Of a DNA stretch of 57,635 nucleotides, positions 52,479 through 57,635 are shown piece after piece; within the stretch, counting starts at the first letter, position 1; the number at the start of each line of letters is the position of its first letter. Below the pieces are notes generated by a model. It made no database searches. It saw nothing but the letters and a program-made list of their open reading frames with translations, and was not told the DNA's origin. Both the position numbers and the translations under genes were made by a program. The DNA is from Nannocystales bacterium (lineage in GTDB: Bacteria; Myxococcota_A; Polyangia; Nannocystales; Nannocystaceae): assembly GCA_050633305.1 (NCBI GenBank), contig JBOEGF010000065.1, positions 1-57,635 of the forward strand. The letters are read 5' to 3'.

Positions 52479-53002
52479 TCTGGTGCGTCGCCACAGGCAC
52501 AGCGGTTGGCGGTAGCCGGCCCATCTCTGTTCCGCCCGAAGGCTGGTCTTCCTCGTCCGGGCAGCCACCCAGGCTGAGAGCCATTGCCGCGCTACCGGCG
52601 AGATTCAGCAGAAGATTCCGTGTTCGTTTCGTGACCCGAGCTTCTTACCGGTGCTCCGCGCCAGCAATCGAGACCGTCACTAAGGGACAGGTGCGAAGCG
52701 GGTGACCCGGCGGCCGGGGTCCGGGATACAGGACAACCCGATTTCTCGAAAATCTAAGCTGGGGGCTACAGGGCGGGCTGGTGGCAGCGGCGACGGGGGA
52801 ATTCCAAGACCAAATTCCGGCCGGTCTTCTTCTTCAGCGGAGGTTCTCGTCCTGCCTTTCGCTCACCCTGTCCTTTGGGACAGGATGGGTCGCGACCGAC
52901 AGAACGAAACTCAGCCGACCCGAGAGTGATTCCCCCCGACGGTGCGCACCCCCGATAGACTCCGCGCGATCCGGCCCTTCTCTTTGTGTGCGCGCGAGCC
53001 CA

Positions 53003-53851
53003 TCAATCGGTGTCGAGGCCGTGGGAAGCCGCCACCACTGCGGCTCTTCGAAACGTGAGTTGCTCGATGTGCACCTTGGTACTCCACAGCGCCGCAATGA
53101 GAAGCGCGACCACCAAGGGCCAGGCTGCGCCCGCGTTGGCAGCCATGACGATGCCCATCCCGACGATGAGGATGGAGCCCGAGTGCCAGACCGCAACCTG
53201 CTTGGCCGAGCCGTAGGCGCGGCGGATGACGGCGGTACGCTGGTCCCATGCCTTGCCAAGCGCGGCGAGGACACTCAGCCGCTTCGGGAAACGTCGGATG
53301 AGACGGGACAATCCGGCCTTGAGGAGCAGCAACGGGATGATCGAGAGGGCGACGCCGAGCACTTCGATTCCCATGTCGAAGAGCATCCAGGGGACCCAAA
53401 ATGCGAAGCCGATCATGACGGCAGTGAGGGCCCAGCCAACTGCGACGCCGACCACACCGATGATTTGGTGCGCTGCGATCAAACCATCGGAGACTCCAAA
53501 CGCCGCCATGCTCTCGTGCATGTCGTGTTCGTCGTCGTCGTCCGCGGTGCTGGGTGCTTCAGACTCTTCGGGTTCTTCGGTTGTGCCTGCGGTACCAGAC
53601 CAAAAGGCAGGACCGCCTTCGGCGACGAGCAGCATCTCGTGGCGAAGACGAGCGAGGACCGACTCTTCGACCGGGCCGAGGGCCTTGAGCTTCTCGTAGC
53701 TGTCGGAGAGATCGGCCCGTCGGCGGCGGCGTTGACGTGCGTTCCAGTCGAACACGCCAGGCTTCAAGACCTTGCCCGCAGCGACACCGACAAAAAGCAA
53801 GAGTAGGACCCACGGGGCTTTAGGCAAACCGAGCTCGGTCAGAAGCGTCAT
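53003..53851 (-). CDS. Multi-pass membrane protein (paralog of 45604)
   Basis: RRRADLSDSYEKL; RRFP.RL motif; same hydrophobic pattern. Confidence 0.7.
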   Translation of the reverse strand: MTLLTELGLPKAPWVLLLLFVGVAAGKVLKPGVFDWNARQRRRRRADLSDSYEKLKALGPVEESVLARLRHEMLLVAEGGPAFWSGTAGTTEEPEESEAPSTADDDDEHDMHESMAAFGVSDGLIAAHQIIGVVGVAVGWALTAVMIGFAFWVPWMLFDMGIEVLGVALSIIPLLLLKAGLSRLIRRFPKRLSVLAALGKAWDQRTAVIRRAYGSAKQVAVWHSGSILIVGMGIVMAANAGAAWPLVVALLIAALWSTKVHIEQLTFRRAAVVAASHGLDTD

Positions 53852-53964
53852 GAAGGCAGGCACGGTGATTCGGACGGTGGGAGTGCGCTGGATATTTCCA
53901 TCTAGAGAGGGGAACTCGGAGGTACGGTGGAGTTTGAAGGCGTGGAGTGGCTGGTCGGTTTGTG

Positions 53965-54090
53965 CTGTGCGACGGTCGACTGTTCGGCCAGTGGGCTTGT
54001 CTGTACGCGCGGCGCAAGGTTTGCTGGTTGGAGTGTTCGGGTGACTTACTTTGAGACGATCGAGGAGCCGTGCTGTCCTGGATCGCGGAC
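53965..54090 (+). repeat. Non-coding repeat B copy 2
   Basis: Matches 48205-48329. Confidence 0.85.
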
Positions 54091-54152
54091 GTTCTCGCGG
54101 TTCCGGTGTGAACGTTGCTCAGGCCGCGCAACCGCGGTTGGGGAGATAGCAT

Positions 54153-55409
54153 GTGCCCGTGGGCACGAGCACGACAGTCCTCTGTGACGCGACGGAAACC
54201 CGAGCGGCGGTTCTCGACCTGTTCGGCTGGGCCGAGCGTATTTCGTTCGCCTACGCGTGGATGACCGGAGACGACCAGAAGAGTAGTCCGTGGAGTTGCT
54301 TCCCGTTTCGAAAGGTCGCTCAAGGTGTCGTGGGCCTGCAGTTCGCGGGCACCGACCCTGCGGTCCTCGAGGCGTTTTTCAAGCGGATTCCGTCTCGGGT
54401 CCGCACCATGTACGAGACGAGGGGGACGTTTCACCCGAAGATCCTTGTGGGAACCTCGGGGAAGAAAGCTCGCGCGATCGTGGGTTCCGGGAATTTCACG
54501 CGGGCGGCTTTCTCGTCGAACTTCGAGCTGAACGTCCTGTTGACGGGGTCGACGGAAGACCCGCCGCTGGCGGACTTGCGGCGGCAGATCGACAAGTACT
54601 TCAGGTCGCCGAAGACCCATGCGCTCGACCGGGCTCTCTTGGAGGCGTACAGGAAAACCTGGGAACGGCGGCCTCGCCCTCCTCGTCTTCGAGCCCCCGA
54701 CGGGGATACTCGCTCGGTCATCGTCAAGTTTGCCAAGGACCTGGAGGTCGGCTGGACAGCATACGTCGGACTTCTTCACGCGCAGGACGAGCGTGAATTC
54801 CGGAACGGAGCAGGCTTCGTCAGAGTCGTACCGGCCTCGACTGATGACAACGCGTACTTGACAGAGTTACGTCGCGTTCGGAAGGCGTTCGCCACGTCGC
54901 CGTCACTCGCGGGAATGAAGGAAGAACCTCGGAAGCTCGTCGCTGGCTTTGGCCCGAGCTTGGGTTGGTTCGGGAGGATGGGCGGGGCTGGGAACTACAA
55001 AAAGCTCATCAACGACAGAGCACCTGGGCTCAGCGAGGCCCTGGACGATATCCCCGCGGTCGGCGATATCCCCGACGAGCAATTCCTAGCGGCCTCGCAG
55101 AATGCTCTCGCGGTACGCGGAGTTGGGCTGGGTTGCTGGACTCGGCTTCTCGCAGTGAAGCGACCGGATGTGTTCGTGAGCGTCAACGCGGCGTCGGTCG
55201 AGCGGATACGTGAAATCTTCGGAGCGTCACCTACGAACCCTCGCTCATACCTGAAGTTCACGAAGCGAGTACTCGCGTTCCCGTGGGCCCAGGCCCCGGC
55301 GCCTGCCGATGACGAAGGAGACGACGTAGAAAGAGAACTCTGGTCGGCCCGAGTCGCGATGCTGGACGCGATCCTCTACGAGCCCATTGGCGCCTCCGGT
55401 CCTGGGTAG
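54153..55409 (+). CDS. PLD-superfamily (HKD) nuclease-like protein
   Basis: FHPKILV...AIVGSGNFT...SNFELN; helical C-terminal domain (GVGLGCWTRLLAVKRPD). Confidence 0.75.
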   Translation: MPVGTSTTVLCDATETRAAVLDLFGWAERISFAYAWMTGDDQKSSPWSCFPFRKVAQGVVGLQFAGTDPAVLEAFFKRIPSRVRTMYETRGTFHPKILVGTSGKKARAIVGSGNFTRAAFSSNFELNVLLTGSTEDPPLADLRRQIDKYFRSPKTHALDRALLEAYRKTWERRPRPPRLRAPDGDTRSVIVKFAKDLEVGWTAYVGLLHAQDEREFRNGAGFVRVVPASTDDNAYLTELRRVRKAFATSPSLAGMKEEPRKLVAGFGPSLGWFGRMGGAGNYKKLINDRAPGLSEALDDIPAVGDIPDEQFLAASQNALAVRGVGLGCWTRLLAVKRPDVFVSVNAASVERIREIFGASPTNPRSYLKFTKRVLAFPWAQAPAPADDEGDDVERELWSARVAMLDAILYEPIGASGPG

Positions 55410-55539
55410 GGTCGCCTTCGGGCTGGTCATAGCGTGAGTGGCGCCTAAGGTCGCAAGCGGGGGCTCAGTCACGTTTTTTTCCGAAACGTGACCGAATCTG
55501 GGAGATCGAACGCCGATTGAAGTTCGGATACTTGAGCCC

Positions 55540-55626
55540 ATGACTATCGTAAAAGTCGTCATGCTGGTCCTCCAGATTGTGGGCTTCGCGCTCCAGGTCT
55601 GGAACCTGAAGCGGAAGCCTCAGTAA
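55540..55626 (+). CDS. 28-aa hydrophobic peptide, type I toxin-like (not in ORF track)
   Basis: MTIVKVVMLVLQIVGFALQVWNLKRKPQ*; hydrophobic core plus basic tail, followed by a terminator. Confidence 0.5.
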   Translation: MTIVKVVMLVLQIVGFALQVWNLKRKPQ

Positions 55627-55666
55627 GGACCAGCGACAACCAACCCGGCTGTTCGGAGGCTGGCAG

Positions 55667-55695
55667 AAGGGCGGGGTGAATCCCGCCCTTTCTTT
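55667..55695 (+). terminator. Intrinsic terminator-like hairpin
   Basis: AAGGGCGGG-GTGAAT-CCCGCCCTT followed by TCTTT. Confidence 0.65.
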
Positions 55696-55762
55696 GTGGT
55701 TGTTTCTGAGGGGCCGCTGAGCGTCGCCGACGTTCACTCACGCCTATATGTTGAGCGAGGTC

Positions 55763-55809
55763 GAAGGTAAGTCCTCGCCGTGCCCGCCGTGCCAGCCGTG
55801 CCGGGCAGA
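55763..55809 (+). repeat. Motif C copy 2 (3x GCCGTGCCN)
   Basis: GAAGGTAAGTCCTCGCCGTGCCCGCCGTGCCAGCCGTGCCGGGCAGA. Confidence 0.85.
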
Positions 55810-56364
55810 TGCGCCGGTCGAAGCGCGGGCCGTATCGCTGAGAGGGGGGCGTGAGACGCAGGCCGTGTGTTCTGCGGCGGCTGCCCGGCCAGTGTCTGCG
55901 ATCCCTGCCATTTCATCGCCAGATGAGTCGTTCGCTGATGAGTTGTGGTTGCTATTCGCGGGCTGGAGGCGCGAGGATCCGGCTTGGTCGATGCTCAGAA
56001 GCCCGTCACGATCCAGCAAGTACAAGAAGAGGATGGCTTCAGGTTCTCGCTAGGGGAGGAATCGTGGTCCGCATTGCAGCAAGGAGTGCCCCGAAGTCTC
56101 GGTCGCGAAGTCGTTGTTCGGCCAGGTCTCCGCGACGGGGCCGGCGTCGCGCTTGATGTCATCGACGATGTCGTCGAGTTCTGCGAGCTTCAAGCTTCGC
56201 GTGTCGGAGCCGGCAGCCCATCGGCCTCCAGTCACTTTTCTATGGTAATGCGTGGTCGAAGCCGAGGCGGGCGAAGTGTTGCGGCGTGAGCAAAGCGTCA
56301 GAGTCTCGCTCCTTGGAGCGGCGAGGAATGCGGGTGGCATTCCCACGAGGCGGTACCATCAGGC

Positions 56365-56754
56365 ATGATCAAGTCGACGTATTCGAAGCAGGTTCGTCAC
56401 CACTATTTGTATCTAGCGCAAACCGAGCGAGAGAAAGGTGTTAAGCCCGGTCTGTCGACGACTCCTGAGAAGTGCACTCTCGACGAGGCGTTTCAGGCCC
56501 GAGGGCTGAACTCGGATGCAACGTACAAGGAACTCGCCCCATGGAGCCTCGTGGGCGCTCGGTACCTTGGTCACATCGTTGTGTCGAAAGGGTACGAAAT
56601 CGAGAAGCTGCTTCAGGAAGCTCTGACGCAGACGCTCGGCGTGCGACCAGCCAGTGGCTCTTCTCTCACCGAGTTCTACCCTGGGGCCGAAGCTGGAGCA
56701 TCCCTCGCGATTCTCGAGCGGGTCGTGAATGCGTGGCTGGATGCCGAAGAGTGA
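56365..56754 (+). CDS. Small GIY-YIG/T5orf172-like protein
   Basis: YLYLAQ...VKPGLSTTPEK...EIEKLLQ...TEFY. Confidence 0.5.
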   Translation: MIKSTYSKQVRHHYLYLAQTEREKGVKPGLSTTPEKCTLDEAFQARGLNSDATYKELAPWSLVGARYLGHIVVSKGYEIEKLLQEALTQTLGVRPASGSSLTEFYPGAEAGASLAILERVVNAWLDAEE

Positions 56755-56837
56755 AGGGGGCGAGGACGAGCAGCGAGCGCGAGATCTTACGATGCTTCTC
56801 GCTGTCGCGGGCTTTCCTGGGTAGCTACGATGCGACG

Positions 56838-57635
56838 GTGAGACTCGTCGTGTTGCTCTCTGTTGTGTGCGCTGCCTGCTCCAGCGGATCCGGCCCATCG
56901 ACGAATCCAATCTCGGATCTGGAGCGACTAGAAGCTGCGGCGGCAGCTGGCGAACACGTGCGCGAGCCGGATGCGGCAGATGAAAGCGACCCCGACCCTG
57001 TCGACCTGACCCCACTGCCTGGGGCGAAGCGGGTTGAGCTCGACCGACCCGGACGGAGTGACGTGGAGTTTGATGGCTTCGTTGCCGGGCTTCCGTTGTG
57101 GCTCGATGTTCCGTCAACTGTGGGCGCGTGCAACGGTCCGGAAAGCGTGGTGATGGTGGTAGACGCTGTCACGAAAGAGGAACGAGCTGTTTCGCGAGCG
57201 AAAGAGAGCGACATCGTCGTCTGCGAGAATCCGCCCATCGACCCGTTTTCGGCTCACAATCGGACGAGCCTCGTCTTGATTCCAACATGCATCGACCCAA
57301 GCGGAGCGCTCGTCGGCTGCGAGGCATACGTGTACTTCGAGCGCGACAACGTGGTGGCCGCGAAGCGGATCTTGGCTCAGTTCGAAAAGAAGTATGGCGA
57401 GGGTCGACCAGTGGACCGGGCATACGGTTGCAACGCTAGCTACGGCCGCGACGAGTTCATGTATTCGTGGATGATTCGGGACGGCCTTGTCGAAGACCAA
57501 GACTTCTTTTTCCGAATCGTCGTCGGTTTTGCGTGCGAGCCAGACACGGGACCAGCAGACCCTCGCATCGTCGTGCTCTACCAGAGTCCACCGGAAATCG
57601 TGCGTAGACTGAAGGTAAGTCCTCGCCGTAGCACG
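56838..57635 (+). CDS. Hypothetical lipoprotein, open to the window edge (not in ORF track)
   Basis: GTG start MRLVVLLSVVCAAC; 266 stop-free codons running through motif C. Confidence 0.7.
   Translation, partial: MRLVVLLSVVCAACSSGSGPSTNPISDLERLEAAAAAGEHVREPDAADESDPDPVDLTPLPGAKRVELDRPGRSDVEFDGFVAGLPLWLDVPSTVGACNGPESVVMVVDAVTKEERAVSRAKESDIVVCENPPIDPFSAHNRTSLVLIPTCIDPSGALVGCEAYVYFERDNVVAAKRILAQFEKKYGEGRPVDRAYGCNASYGRDEFMYSWMIRDGLVEDQDFFFRIVVGFACEPDTGPADPRIVVLYQSPPEIVRRLKVSPRRST
57611..57629 (+). repeat. Motif C copy 3
   Basis: GAAGGTAAGTCCTCGCCGT, 19 nt identical to 55763-55781. Confidence 0.8.

Noticed and set aside
55465..55737. Minus-strand 90-aa ORF
   Set aside because: Crosses the terminator hairpin and is antisense to the more plausible hydrophobic peptide ORF.
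55852..55880. Degenerate third copy of repeat B (TGAGACG...GCCGTGTGTTCTG)
   Set aside because: Too short and gapped to support by eye, and lacks the GACTTAC core.
55945..56289. 114-aa ORF
   Set aside because: Possibly a gene remnant, but has no motif or convincing start.
50012..57629. CRISPR array from motif C or other repeats
   Set aside because: Spacing is kilobases rather than 30-40 nt, and no cas genes are present.

Overview
High-GC bacterial accessory region, most likely myxobacterial. That is an inference from the many Cys-rich and Ser/Thr-linker lipoproteins and an FHA-sigma54 activator. It has three parts. (1) 1-25.7 kb is a mosaic of unrelated cargo modules: two OmpA/peptidoglycan-binding gene -> large effector-like gene -> lipoprotein triads, a PDZ-lipoprotein + HExxH-peptidase pair, a decayed Fic toxin-antitoxin pair, an alpha-carbonic anhydrase, and an SDR with an atypical tRNA-Gly(GCC). 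These modules are separated by same-orientation copies of two sequences: four copies of the 3' end of one gene, and two full plus two partial Rpn-like nuclease genes with a conserved internal start. (2) 25.9-44 kb holds an amber-interrupted PLD-helicase-DUF3427 gene, small regulatory/detox genes and an orphan vgrG-vgrG-PAAR cluster. The cluster has a sigma54 promoter and palindromic sites right behind its FHA-bEBP gene. (3) 44-57.6 kb is a second mosaic of defence-like and lipoprotein genes: a degenerate MTase-TRD-HEPN-like fusion, a PLD nuclease, a GIY-YIG-like gene and a type I toxin-like 28-aa peptide. It is punctuated by three direct copies of GTAAGTCCTCGCCGT, two of them inside reading frames, and by two ~125-bp repeats with the inverted core GACTTAC. 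No integrase, intact transposase, CRISPR array or rRNA was recognised. All homology calls were made by eye, without database searches.
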